From the human T2T-CHM13v2.0 reference genome, Homo sapiens, in NCBI RefSeq assembly GCF_009914755.1, contig NC_060929.1: a stretch of 64,000 nucleotides of DNA. One strand, 5' to 3'. Both the position numbers and the translations under genes were made by a program. Positions 46,211 to 58,782 of the stretch are shown one piece after another; positions within the stretch are counted from its first letter, which is position 1, and each line of letters starts with the position of its first letter. The notes below the pieces were generated by a model. It searched no databases, was not told the origin of the DNA, and saw only the letters and a program-made list of their open reading frames with translations.

Positions 46211-47163
46211 TTTTATTTATTTTTATTATACTTTAAATTCTGGGGTACAAGTGTAGAACATGTAGTTTTGTTACATAGGTATACACGGGCCATGGTGGTT
46301 TGCTGCATCCATCTATCCATCACCTACATTAGGTATTTCTCCTAATGCTATCCCTCCCCTAGCTCCCTTCCCCACAACAGGCCCCAATGTGTGATGTTCC
46401 CCTCACTGTGTGCATGTGTGCTCAGTGTTCAACTCCCACTTATGAGTGAGAACATGTGGTGTTTGGTTTTATGTTCCTTTGTTAGTTTGCTGAGAATGAT
46501 GGTTTCCAGAGTCATCCATGTCCCTGCAAAGGACATGAACTCATTCTTTTTTATGGCTGCACAGTATTCCATGGTATATATGTGCCACATTTTCTTTATT
46601 CAGTCTATCATTGATGAACGTTTGGGTTGGTTCCAAGTCTTTGCTATTGCGAATACTGCCACAATAAACATACGTGAGCATGTGTCTTTATAGTAGAATG
46701 ATTTATATTCCTTGGGTACATACCTAGTAATGGGATTGCTGGGTCAACTGGTATTTCTGGTTCTATATCCTTGAGGAATCCCCACACTGTCTTCCACAAT
46801 GTTTGAACTAATTTATACTCCCACCAACAGTGTAAAAGTGTTCTATTTCTCCACATCCTCTCCAGCATCTGTTGTTTCCTGACTTTTTAATGATCGCCAT
46901 TCTAACTGGCATGTAATGGTATCTCATTGTGGTTTTGATTGGCATTTCTCTAATGACAAGTGATGATGAGCTTTTTTCATATATTTGTTGGCTGCATAAG
47001 TGTGTTCTTTTGAGAAGTGCCGGTTCATATCCTTTGCCCAGTTTTTGAGGGGGTTGTTTGTTTTTTTCTTGTAAATTTGTTTAAGTTCTTTGTATATTCT
47101 GGATATTAGCCTCTTGTCAGATGGATAGATTGCAAAATTTTTCTCCCGTTCTGTAGGTTGCCT
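46211..47163 (-). mobile_element. L1PA7-like LINE-1, non-inverted 3' segment
   Basis: T-rich tail, ttatactttaaattctgggg..., ORF2 end peptides ([17 protein letters not shown]; DIEPEIPVDPAIPLLG). Confidence 0.96.
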
Positions 47164-48876
47164 AACAAATTCTGAAATTGAGGCAGTAGTTAATAGCCTA
47201 CCTACCAAGAAAAGTCCAGGACCAGACAGATTCATAGCTGAATTCTACCAGAGGTACAAAGAGGAGTTGGTACCATTCCTTCTGAAACTATTCCAAACAA
47301 TAGAAAAAGAGGGAATCCTCCCTAAATCATCTTATGAGGCCAGCATCATCCTGATACCAAAACCTGGCAGAGACACAACAAAAAAAGAAATTTTCAGGCC
47401 AGTATTCCTGATGGACGTTGATGCGAAAATCCTAAATAAAATACTGGCAAACCAAATCCAGTAGCACCTCAAAAAGCTTATCCACCATGATCAAATCAGC
47501 TTCATCCCTGGGATCAAGGCTGGTTCAACATAGGCAAATCAATAAATGTAATCCATCACATAAACAGAACCAATGAAAACAACTACATTTATCTTAATAG
47601 ATGCAGAAAAGGCCTTCAAGAAAATTAGACACCGCTTCATGCTAAAAACTCTCAATAAACTAGATATTGATGGAACGTATCTCAAATGATAAGAGCTATT
47701 TATGACAAACCCACAGTCAATGTCATACTGAATGGGCAAAAACTGGAAGCATTCCCTTAGAAAACCAGCACAAGACAAGGATGCCCTGTCTCATCACTCT
47801 ACCACTCCTATTCAACATAGTATTGGAAGTTCTGGCTGGGGCAATCAGGCAAGAGAAAGAAATAAAGAGTATTCAAATAGGAAAAGAGGAAGTCAAATTG
47901 TCTCTGTTTGCAGATGACATGATTGTATATCATAAAACCCCACCGTCTCAGCCCAAAAACTCCCTTTAAGCTGATAAGCAACTTCAGCAAAGTCTCAGGA
48001 TACAAAATCAATGTGCAAAAATCACAAGCATTCCTATGCATCTAGAACAGACAGAGAGCCAAATCACAAGTGAACTCCCATTCACAATTGCTACAAAGAG
48101 AATAAAATACCTAGGAGTACAACTTACAAGCAATGTGAAGGACCTCTTCAAGGAGAACTACAAACCACTGCTCGAGGAAATAAGAGAGGGCACAAACAAA
48201 TGGAAAAACATTCCATGCTCATGGATAGGAAGAATCAATATCGTGAAAATGGACATACTGCCCAAAATAATTTATAGATTCAATGCTATCCCCATCAAGC
48301 TACCATTGACTTTTTTCACAGAATTGGAGAAAACTACTTTAACTTCATATGGAACCAAAAAAGAGCCCGCATAGCCAAGACAATCCTAAGCAAAAAGAAC
48401 AAAGCTGGAGGCATCATGCTACCTGACTTCAAACTATACTGCGAGTTTACAGTAACCTAAACAGCATGGTACTGGTACCAAAACAGATACATAGACCAAA
48501 GGAACAGAACAGAGGCCTCAGATATAACACCACACATCTATAACCATCTGATCTTTGACAAACGTGACAAAAACAAGCAATGGGGAAAGGATTTCCTATT
48601 TAATAAATGGTGTTGGGAAAACTGGCTAGCCATATGCAGAAAACTGAAACTGGACCCCTTCCTTACATGTTATACGAAAATTAACTCATGATGGATTAAA
48701 GACTTAAACGTAAGACCTAAAACCATAAAAATTCTAGAGGAAAACCTAGGCTATACCATTCAGGACATAGGCACGGGCAACAACTTTATGTCTAAAACAC
48801 CAAAAGCAATGGCAACCAAAGCCAAAATTGACAAATGGGATCTATTTAGACTAAAGAGCTTCTTCACAGCAAAAGA
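47164..48876 (+). mobile_element. Inverted ORF2 (RT domain) segment of the same L1 insertion
   Basis: Plus-strand peptides [54 protein letters not shown]; ends at cacagcaaaaga, just upstream in L1 of where the 3' segment starts. Confidence 0.96.
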
Positions 48877-49087
48877 TTTTTTAACTAAATAGGTTTTGCT
48901 TGGGAATGACTAAAATATCAACAGTTGAACAAGAAGAGCCAGGTTGAAAGCTGAGGGGCAAGATAAGAATTTTTTTCAGTGTGATTAAGTTGTTCTATAG
49001 TTTGCTATTTTGCAGAAGCTGCAAGGGAACTAATTATGTATAATGGTGAAAATATTTTCCTAGGCATTACCCTTCAAAATAGCTCTT

Positions 49088-49442
49088 TGTCTTAGTTCAT
49101 TTGAGCTGCTTTAACAAAAATAACATAGACTGGGTGACTTATAAACTACTGAAATTTATTTCTCAGTTTCAGAGGTTGGGAAGTCCAAGATCAAAGCCCT
49201 GGCAAAATCAGTGTTTGGTGAGGGCCTGCTTCAGGTTCATAGATGTCCTCACATGGCAGAAATAAAAAAGGGAGCTCCGTGAGATCTCTTTTTAAAGGCA
49301 ATAATTCCATTTATGAGAGCTCGTCCCTCTAGGACGAGGTCTAATCACCTCCTAAAGTCCCCAGCTGCAAATCGCAGCACATTTGGAGTTAGGATTTAAC
49401 ACATAAATTTGGGGTAAAGGGCATAAACATTCAGAATATTAA
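49088..49442 (-). mobile_element. MLT1A-like MaLR solo LTR
   Basis: tgtcttagttcatttgagctgct...catagactgggtgacttataaac...gggaagtccaagatcaa...taatcacctcc...taaacattcag. Confidence 0.82.
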
Positions 49443-51028
49443 AAATTAAGCTCTGACAGATTTATCAGGCTTTATTTAATCTGATAAAATTAAGAAGAAT
49501 GTCTACCTAAACTAATTATATCAGTGGAACAGACATATTAGCTTATGGGATAAAGTTTTATATGATAAGAAACACCACGTCCATCTTCCTAGTTGGGTTT
49601 TTTTTTTGTTTTGTTTTGGTTATGTATAGGAAACAATTTAACTTGTGACAAAAAGAAAAGCTTCTGCTAATAAGTGTAAGCCTGAACACATTTCTCCATC
49701 AATGAGAACCTATTGGGAAGTGGCAATTTCACACTGCTTAACTGATTTCATTGCATTCCTGCAATTTTTCTTTTCTATTTAACCTCTGCTTCTGTTCCCT
49801 AATCCTGAAATAGACCAGTAATAGTCTACTTTAATTTTATCTAGCCAGAGCCAAAATAGCACAAATGTTAGAAATGTTTGTTTACTAGGGTCTCAGACTA
49901 GTCTTCTGAAAACATTCTTTTGCCTACTGTAGTTGACAGAAAATAGAAACTAAAATTTATATTTGACAAATATTTTTAAATAACTCAAGTTCCTAAACAG
50001 GACATCTAACTATGGTGGTTTTTCCTGAGTATAGTAACAATAATTCATATAATATTCCTAAAACTCATGAGAGAAACCAGGTATTAAAAAAATTGCTTAA
50101 TACCCCCCAAATTTTTCTCTGGTCAGTGTAGCATGATGAACCTTTAGATGTCTAATTAGAATTTTATTAAGCATTGCTTGGTGTTGAAAAATCATGAGTT
50201 ATGAGCCTGCTTTTTGTGATGTAAATGGGCTGGATAAGTTTAGATTTCAGTCTTAATTCTTTGAAGGATTTATAGAAATACTTGGTTTGGCTATAAATTG
50301 TTTCTTTGTTTCTGGTTAAATATGTAAGTCAAATGTGAAGAGGAATCAAGGATCTTTGTAACCAGGGAATTAATTTATTCAGGTTCTACTGGGTGAGAGC
50401 TTCTCTCAGCTAGATCTTCTGTTCATGATAATTCTTTTTGGAAATTCACTTTCTAAAATAGAAAGTCATTTTTCAAGGTACAGCTGATAACGTATCTAGA
50501 GAACACAGAACAGCCTGTTTTCTTTGAGCATTTATGATTAAAGGATTGAATTCAGGTCTTTTAGTGTATTATATATACTAAGGACAGAGGGCACTACTTA
50601 GTCATGTACTTGAAGCAAAAAGTAAAGTCTTTATAAAGATCTCAGAGGGAGGCTGACTGACATTATATATTTGCGCATTTATTTTTTTTATCAGAAGAAA
50701 TGAAATGAACAAACTTTCAGTAATAGGATAATGTAATGAAAAATATTTTGTTGACTATCTATTGTTCCAAATACTTGCTTATGGGTTTATCTGGAGAATA
50801 TTAGTAGTGGGTATCAAGAATAAACTGTTAAACACAAACTATTTGTTCTGGAATGTTCTTAGAAAAAATAGGTGTGCATGCATATATATATGTATACACA
50901 TCACATATATACATATTCATGTATTTATTCATATATAAATGTATAATCAATTTGGAACCTTATATAGAGTTTTTTTTAGTTTCCCAAAAAGCAATAGAAA
51001 ATAATATAAAACCTGCAGATTATATTTC

Positions 51029-53306
51029 TGTATTAGTCCATTTTCACACAGCTGATAAAGACATACCTGAGACTGGGAAGAAAAAGAGGTTTAATTGGAC
51101 TCACAATTCCACATGGCTGGGGAGGCCTCAGAATCATGGTGGGAGACGAAAGGCACTTCTTTTGCCACAAGAGAAAATGAGGAAGATGCAAAAGCAAAAT
51201 CCCTTGATAAAATCATCAGATCTCATGAGACTTATTCACTACCATGAGAACAGTATGGGCGAAACCACCCTCATGATTCAAATGATCTCCCAATGGGCCC
51301 GTCCTATAATACATGGGAGTTATGGGAATAAAATTCAAGATGAGATCTGGGTGGGGGCACAGAGCCAAACCATATCATTCCACCCCTGACCCCTCCAAAT
51401 CTCATGTCCTCACATTTCAAAACCAATCATGCATTCCCAACAGTCCCCCAAAGTCTTAACTCATTTCAGCATTAACCCAAAAGTCCATAGTCCAAAGTCT
51501 CATCTGAGAGAAGGCAAGTCCCTTCCACCTATGAGCCTGTAAAATCAAAAGCAAGCTAGTTACTTCCTAGATACAATGATCGTACAGGTATTGGGTAAAT
51601 ACGGCTGTTCCAAATGGGATGAATTGGCCAAAACAAAGGTGTTACAGGCCCCATGAAAGTCCAAAATGCAGCAGAGCAGTCAAATTTTAAATCTCCAAAA
51701 TGATCTCCTTTGACTTCATGTCTCACATCCAGGTCATCCTGATGCAAGAGGTAGTTACCCACAGTCTTGGACAGTTCCACCCCTGTGGCTTTGCAGGGTA
51801 TAGCCCCCCTCCTGGCTGCTTTCACAGTCTGACGTTGAGTGTCTGCAACTTTTCCAGGTGCACAATGCAAGCTGTTGGTGGATCTACCATTCTGGGGTCA
51901 GGAGGACAGTGGTCCTCTTCTCACAGCTCCACTAGGCGGTACCCCAGTAGGGACTCTGTGTGGAGGCTCCAACCCCACATTTCCCTTTTGCACTGCCCTA
52001 GCAGAGGTTCTCTATGAGAACCCTACCCCTGCAGCAAACTTTTGCCTGGGCATCCAGGCATTTCCACACATCTTCTGAAATCTAGGTAGAGGTTCCCAAA
52101 CCTCAATTCTTGATTTCTGTGCACCCACAGGCCCAACACCACATTGAAGCTGCCAAGGCTTGGAACTTCCACCCTCTGAAGCCACAGCCAGAGCTTTATG
52201 TTGGCCCCTTTCAGTCATGGCTGGAGTAGCTGGGACACAGGGCACCAAGTCCCTAGGCTGCACATAGCATGGGGACCCTGGGCCTGCCCCTTGAATCCAC
52301 CTTTTCCTTCTGGGTCTCCACGCCTGTGATGGGAGGGGCTGCTGTGAAGGTCTCTGACAAGCCATGGAGACACTTTCCCCATTGTCTTGGGGATTAAAAT
52401 TAGGCTCCTTGCTACTTATGCAAATTTCTGTAGGTGGCTTGAATTACTCCTCGAAAAATGGGTTTTTCTTTTCTACTGCATTGTCAGCCTGCAGATTTTC
52501 TGAACTTTCACACTCTATATTTCCCTTTTAAAATGGAATACTTTTAACAGCACCCAAAGTCACCTTTTAAATGCCTTGCTGCTTAGAAATTTCTTCTGCC
52601 AGATACCCTAAATCATCTCTCTAAGTTCAAAGTTCCACAAATCTCTAGGGCAGGGGCAAAATGCCACCAATCTCTGTAAAACAAGAGTCACCTTTGCTCC
52701 AGTTCCCAATAAGTTCCTCATCTCCATCTGAGACCACCTCAGCCTGGACCTTATTGTTCATATCACTATCAGCATTTTTGTCAAAGCCGTTCAGTCCCTA
52801 GGAGGTTCCAAACTTTCCCACATTTTCCTGTCTTTTTCTAAGCCTTCCAAACTGTTCCAACCTCTGCTTGTTACGCAGTTCCAAAGTTGATTCCACATTT
52901 TCAGGCATCTTTTCAGCAACACCCCACTCCTGGTACCAATTTACTATATTTGTCTGTTTTCACACTGCTGATAAAGAGATACCTGAAACTGTGAAGAAAA
53001 AGAGGTTTAACTGGACTTACAGTTCCACATGTCTGGGGAGGCCTCAGAATCATGACAACAGGTGAAAGGCACTTCTTACTTGGTGGTGGCAAGAGAAAAC
53101 AAGGAAGATGCAAAAGCAAAAATGCTTGAGAAAACCATCAGATCTCATGAGACTTATTCACTACCAAGAGAACAGTATAGGGGGAACTACCCAATGATTC
53201 AAATTATTGTGGGAGTTAATTCAAATTAACTCCCACAATATATGGGAGTTATGGGAGTAACATTCAAAATGAGATTTGGGTAGGGACACAGAGTCAAGCC
53301 ATATCA
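51029..53306 (-). mobile_element. Complete THE1A MaLR element (3' LTR 51029-51377, internal 51378-52944, 5' LTR 52945-53306)
   Basis: THE1A-type LTR text gactgggaagaaaaagaggtttaattggac...aggcctcagaatcatgg...aggcacttct...gaggaagatgcaaaagc; perfect 5-bp TSD ATTTC at 51024-51028 and 53307-53311. Confidence 0.95.
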
Positions 53307-54704
53307 ATTTCTAAAATATTTCAGAGGAAGAGAACATTTTTGGAAGAGACTTATTTAACTGAATTATTTCTTTTGCAAATAGTGATTGATATCTTTTGTA
53401 ACTGAATACCACTAAAATGGATTAAGTCCTTCTACTGCCCCCAATAATTATGTCCTGTAAAATTGTAACAAAATACTTATTTCTACCAGCACAGTTTTTC
53501 TTTGTTTAATATAGTTAGAATATAGTTAGGAAAATGAAATGTTTAAAATATCACAGCATCAATGTTCTCCCCCAAATATTGATTATTGGGACTGAAGACT
53601 AAATAAAATGTCTTGGACCCTACACTTTTAACACTCTGTTATTATAATTTCCAAAGGAAGAAAACTGCATTCAGGGCCAATGAGCAGTTTAAAAGCTGTG
53701 TGTTTTTAAATTCTGGGTCTGCTGATGTAGTTGTGCCCTCTCAAAGATCTCAGTGAGTTGTGGAGCCCTGGGGAGCTGTCTCAACCTTGGATGTGTTATT
53801 AAACCAGATGGCCATGCACAAACAGTACTTCGAGTAAATACTTATTACTTAGTAATGCAAATGCAATTCTAGTAATAAGCTTCACTAAAACCATTCTTGG
53901 AATACATTTTAAATAGCAAATGTATTTACAAACACACCATTCCCCTTTGAAATGAGCTGCAGGGAGAGTTTGAAGGAGGAAAGAGAATGGGAGTTCATGA
54001 CCCAGACAGCAAATGTGCCAAAAAAAAAAAAAAGAAAGAAAAGAAATACCATATTTAAACAGATTTGCCTTCAGAAATATGACTAAATATCTACATACTT
54101 TTGTTTATTCTAAAAATAGTTTGGATACATTTTTTAAAATCAAGAATTAATTCATTAAAACCTTAGACCTCTAGCAAGTAAAATTACGGGTGTCAGAAAG
54201 AATCACACATATTTTATGAAGGCAAAACAACATTTTTAGAGAGTAGAATATTTCAAAGAGGAAATGTTTATGTATCAAGAAAGATATGGAAATATCATGT
54301 GGTTATTTGGAGGAAGAGGAAAGCAGTTAGAAAATAAGAAATATAGAGAGCTAGGAAAACCAAACACTTAGAGTAGGAAGATACACGTGATGAAATGTTA
54401 AATGTGAAGGTGAAAGTATAGATTATGTAATTCTATCTACAAAATTACTGCATATATGGTAATTGACATAAATACATGAAATGGTTGGGAGAAAGATTGA
54501 CAAAAACATTTATTTGATTAGGCGATTTTATTGTAGATGATTTTTTGCCTTAAACTTTTTTAAACGTGTTTTTACAATAAAATAACACCTTTAAAATGTT
54601 AACATGACATGATCCGCCTGGAATCACTTTGGTAAATGAAGTATCACTAATCCCCTTTTTTATCTGGAAAGTAGTACCAGTAGTTACACACAGAGAAATA
54701 TACA

Positions 54705-55355
54705 TACGAAACCCTCCTAACTGTTCTCCTGCTTCCACCCTTGTCACTCCATAGTCCAGTTTATTTGCAGCAGGCGGGAAGATCTTTCTAAAGCACGTGT
54801 CATAACATGTCACTCCTTCGCTCAAAACAGTCTAATGGCTTCCCACCTTGCAGTTAAATCCAAAGCCCTCCATAAACTCTGTGCAGTCTGCAGCCTGCTC
54901 CACTTTCAACCTCTTTTGACTTCCTTTCCTATTCCTGACTCATTCTACAGCCACATCAGGCTCTGTCATGTCCTTTCCACACATAAGGAGCATCATTGCC
55001 TCCCTTCTTGCATTGGCTGTTCCCCGTGTCTGGATCACCCTGCCTCCAGCTGGCCCCAGGACTTGCTTGCTCCTTTTGTTCAGGTCTCTGCTCATGTCCT
55101 ATCCTGATGGATACCTTCTTTCCTCCCAATTAGTCCTTATTCTCTTACTGTTTTTCCCTGATAGTATTTATTCCCAAGTGAGATATTATATCATAGTTTG
55201 TGTTTATGATCTTTCCCCTTGACTTGGATTTAAACTCCCTGAGGACAGGAGCATTGGGGAATTTTTGCTTTTTTTTTTTTTTTTTTTTTTTTTTTGCCTG
55301 CTATATTCTCAGAGACCAGCACAGGACCTGGACTTAGCGATATATGAGGAATATG
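54705..55355 (+). mobile_element. L2a-like LINE 3' fragment
   Basis: cctcctaactgttctcctgcttccacccttg...gatctttctaaa...catgtcactcct...ctcaaaac...aatggcttccca...aaactccctgaggacagg. Confidence 0.8.
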
Positions 55356-55677
55356 TATATTTTCCAACACCAGACATTCTCAGGTCTTAGGTGTAGACTT
55401 TGTAACAAACCAAACTTTTCCCATTAGGCTTTTTGTCCTCTTGCTTATCCTTAAATTAGCCTTTTCTACTGGTCCCATACCATTTAAGGAAAGGGTTTTC
55501 TCTTCTTTTATTTTCCCTCTTCTCTTCCTTCCTTCTTCCCTCCCTCCCTCCTTCATCCCCCCTTTTAATTTTTCAACTACAAAATATATCAATTTGCTTT
55601 TACCTCATTACTTTCTCCTATGTGATACACCCTAGAGTGAGACTACTTGTCATTTCTGGCAATACAAATACATATAT

Positions 55678-55925
55678 AGACCCTGTCTCAAAAAAAAAAA
55701 AAAAAAGAAAAAAAAAAAGAAAAGAAAAAAGAAAAAGAATAGTGGGATTTTATTATCTACAAATTTAAAACATATGTTTGTATATTTATATATATATTTG
55801 TTTTCAATGTGTGTGTATGTACATACATATTTGTATGTTTTAAATTTGTAGATAATAAAATCCCACTAGTCTCTTTTTCTTTTTTATTTTTCCTTTTTTT
55901 TTTTTTTTTTTTTGAGACAGAGTCT
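55678..55925. repeat. Long inverted repeat (fold-back palindrome)
   Basis: Perfect 35-bp arms 55740-55774 and 55834-55868, extended by A-tract/T-tract and agaccctgtctca / tgagacagagtct; 59-bp spacer. Confidence 0.95.
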
Positions 55926-56184
55926 TACTTTTTCACCCAGGCTGGAATGCAGTGGTGTGAACAATGCTCACTGCAGCCATGACCTCCAAGGCTCAAGCAA
56001 TCCTCCCAACACAGCTTCCTGAATAGCTAGGTCTGCAGGCATGCATCACCATGCCTGGCTAATTTTTATATTTTTGTAGAGACAAGGTCTCACTACTTTG
56101 CCTGGGCTGGTCTTGAACTGCTGAGCTCAAGTGATCTGCCCACCTCAGACTCCCAAAGTGTTGGGATTATAGGCATAAGCCACT
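55870..56184 (-). mobile_element. Alu SINE, AluJ
   Basis: T-rich tail, gagacagagtctt...gctcactgcagcc...ggctcaagcaatcctccc...gagctcaagtgatc; the first ~10 nt of the Alu 5' end are missing. Confidence 0.93.
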
Positions 56185-56351
56185 AGATGTTTAGCTTCCC
56201 TGTAACTTATTTTCTTTAATGTTATTTGGAACTGCATGATCTTAGAGTGTCTTTTTGCTGCCTTTGACCTCCTCCTATGGTCCCCATCAAATAGTAAAAA
56301 AGATTATGGATTCACTTATCTACAAAATACAGTTTTACCAGAGATGAGTAA

Positions 56352-58782
56352 TGATGTGGTTTGGATATGTGTCCTGCCCAAATCTTCAAATCTCATGTTG
56401 AACTATAATCCCCAGTGTTGGCAGTGGGGCCTGGTGGGAGATAATTGGATCATGGGGGTGGAGTTCTCATGAATGATTTAGCACCGTCCCTTTGATCCTG
56501 TTCTCATGGTAGTGAATGAGTTCTCACAAGATCTGTTTGTTTAAAAGTGTGTAGCACCTCGCCCCTCTCTTTCTTGCTCCTTCTCCAACTGTGTAAAGTT
56601 CTTCTCCCTCTTTTGCCCTCATCATGATTGTAAGTCTTCCTGAGGCCTCCCCAGAAGCTGAGCAGATGCCAGCATCATGCTTTTTGTACAGCCTGCAAAA
56701 CCATGAGTCACTTAAACCTTTTTTAAATATATAAATTACTCAGTCTCAGGTATTTCTTTATAGCAGTATAAAAACAAATTAATACTGAGAATTGGTACTG
56801 AGGAATGGGGCATTGCTATAAAGATACCTGAAAATGTGGAAGCAACTCTGGAACTGGGTAACAGGCAGAGATTGAAGTAATGTGGAGGGCTTAGAAGAAG
56901 ACAGGAAGATGAAGGGAGATTTGGAACTTCCTAGAGACTTATTGAATTGGTATGACTAAAATGCTTATGGTAATATGGTCAATGAAGTCCAGGCTGAGGA
57001 GGTCTCAGATGGAAGTAAAGAACTTATTGGTAACTGGAGTAAAGGTCACTTTTACTCTGTTTTGGCAAAGAGTCTGGCTGCATTGTGCCCCTGTTCTGGG
57101 GATCTCTGGAACTTTGAACTTCAGAGTGGAGATTTAGGGTATCTGGCAAAAGAAATTTCTAAGCATGAAAGCACTCAAGAGATGCCCAGATGCTTCTAAC
57201 TGCATACATTCATATGTCTGAGCAAAGAAATGACATAAAATGCAAACTTATATTTAAAAAGTAATCAGAGTGTAAAAGTTTGAAAAATTTGCAGCCTGGC
57301 CATGTGGTAGAAAACAAAAGCCCATTTTCAGGGGAGGAATCCAAGTAGGATGCAGAAATTTGCATAAGAAAAAAGGATCCAAGTGCTACTATCCAAGACA
57401 ATGGTGAAAAGGCCTCAAAGGCATTCAGAGACCTTTGTGCAGGCCCTCCTATAACAGGCCCAGAAGCCTAGGAGGGAAGAATGGTTTCATGGGCCAAGCC
57501 CAGCGCCACACTTTCATGCACAGCTCCAGGACACTGCTCACTGGGTCCCAGCTGCTCCAGCTCTAGCGTTGGCTCAAAGGAGCCTAGGTATAACCTGGGC
57601 CACTGCTTCAGAGGGTACAAGCCATAAGCTTTGGCAGCTTCCATATGGTATTAAGCTTGCAGGTTCACAGAATGTAAGAATTGAGGCTTGGGAGTCTACA
57701 CCCAGATTTTAGAGAATGTATGGAAAAGTCTGGATGTCCAGGCAGAAGCCTGCTGCAGGGGTGGAGCCCTTATGGAGATCCTCTGCTAGGGCAGCACAGA
57801 AAGGAAATGTGGTATTGATGTCCCCACACAGGGTCCCCACTGGGTACTGCCTAGTGGAGCTGTGAGAAGAGGGCCACCATCCTCCAGATCCTAGAATAGT
57901 AGATCTACCAACATCTTGTACCTTATTCCTGGAAAAGCCCCAGGCCGCTCGCACTCAGTGTGAGGGGGATAAGCCTTGGAAAGCTACAGAGTGGCTTTGG
58001 GAGCCCACCATGTGCTCTGCATGTGAGTGAGACATGGAGTCATAGGAGACTCTTTGGGCCTTTAAAATTCAGTGACAAGCCTGCTGGGTTTTACACTGGC
58101 ATAGGGCCTGCAACCTCTTTCTTTTGACCAATGTCTTTCTTTTGGAAAGGGAGTATTTACCTAATGCCTGTACCCCCATTGTATCTTGGAAACAATTAAC
58201 TTTTTTTTTTTATTTTATAGTTTCATAAGCAGAAGGGACTGGCTTTTTCTCAGATGAGACTTTGGACTTTAGAGTTAATACTGGAATAAGTTAAGACTTT
58301 TGGGGACTGTTTGGGAGGCATAATTGTATTTTGCAATATGAGAAGGACATGAGATTCAGGAGGGGCTGGGGAAGAATAATACAGTTTTTATATGTGTCCC
58401 TGCCCAAATTTCATGTCAAATTGTAATCCCCAGTGTTGGAGATGAGGCCTGATGCTAGGTGATTGAATCACGGAGGCAGAGTTCTCACGAATGGTTTAGC
58501 ACCATCCCTTTGGTGCTGTTCTTGTGACAGTGAAATCTGGTTATTTAAAAGTGTGTACCCTCACCCCACCTTGCTCCTTCTCTGGCCATGTGAAATGCTG
58601 CTCCATATCTTGCCTTTTGCCATGATTGTGAGTTTTGCTGAGACCTCCTAAGAAGCTGAGCAGATGTCAGCATTACGCTTCCTGCACAAGCATGCAGAAG
58701 GATGAGCCTGTTAAACCTCTCTCCTCTATAAATTACCCAGTCTCAGGTATTTCTTTATAGCCGGGGGAAATTGACTAATAAA
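56352..58782 (+). mobile_element. Complete MSTA-type MaLR element (5' LTR 56352-56786, internal 56787-58376, 3' LTR 58377-58782)
   Basis: MST-type gaagctgagcagatgccagcatcatgct...cagcctgca in both LTRs; internal gagaattggtactgagg...gatacctgaaaatgtggaagc; TSD AGTAA/AATAA. Confidence 0.93.

Noticed and set aside
49320-49338. 7-bp hairpin ctcgtcc/ggacgag inside the MLT1A LTR
   Set aside because: May be a tiny template-switch scar, but the arms are too short to distinguish from chance.
50853-51389. Longest ORF in the window (178 aa)
   Set aside because: Runs from AT-rich low-complexity sequence into the antisense THE1A LTR; no domain or splice support.
53508-53529. Short tandem duplications (aatatagttag x2; similar at ~43008-43029 and ~34663-34689)
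   Set aside because: Ordinary slippage indels in AT-rich DNA with no further signal.
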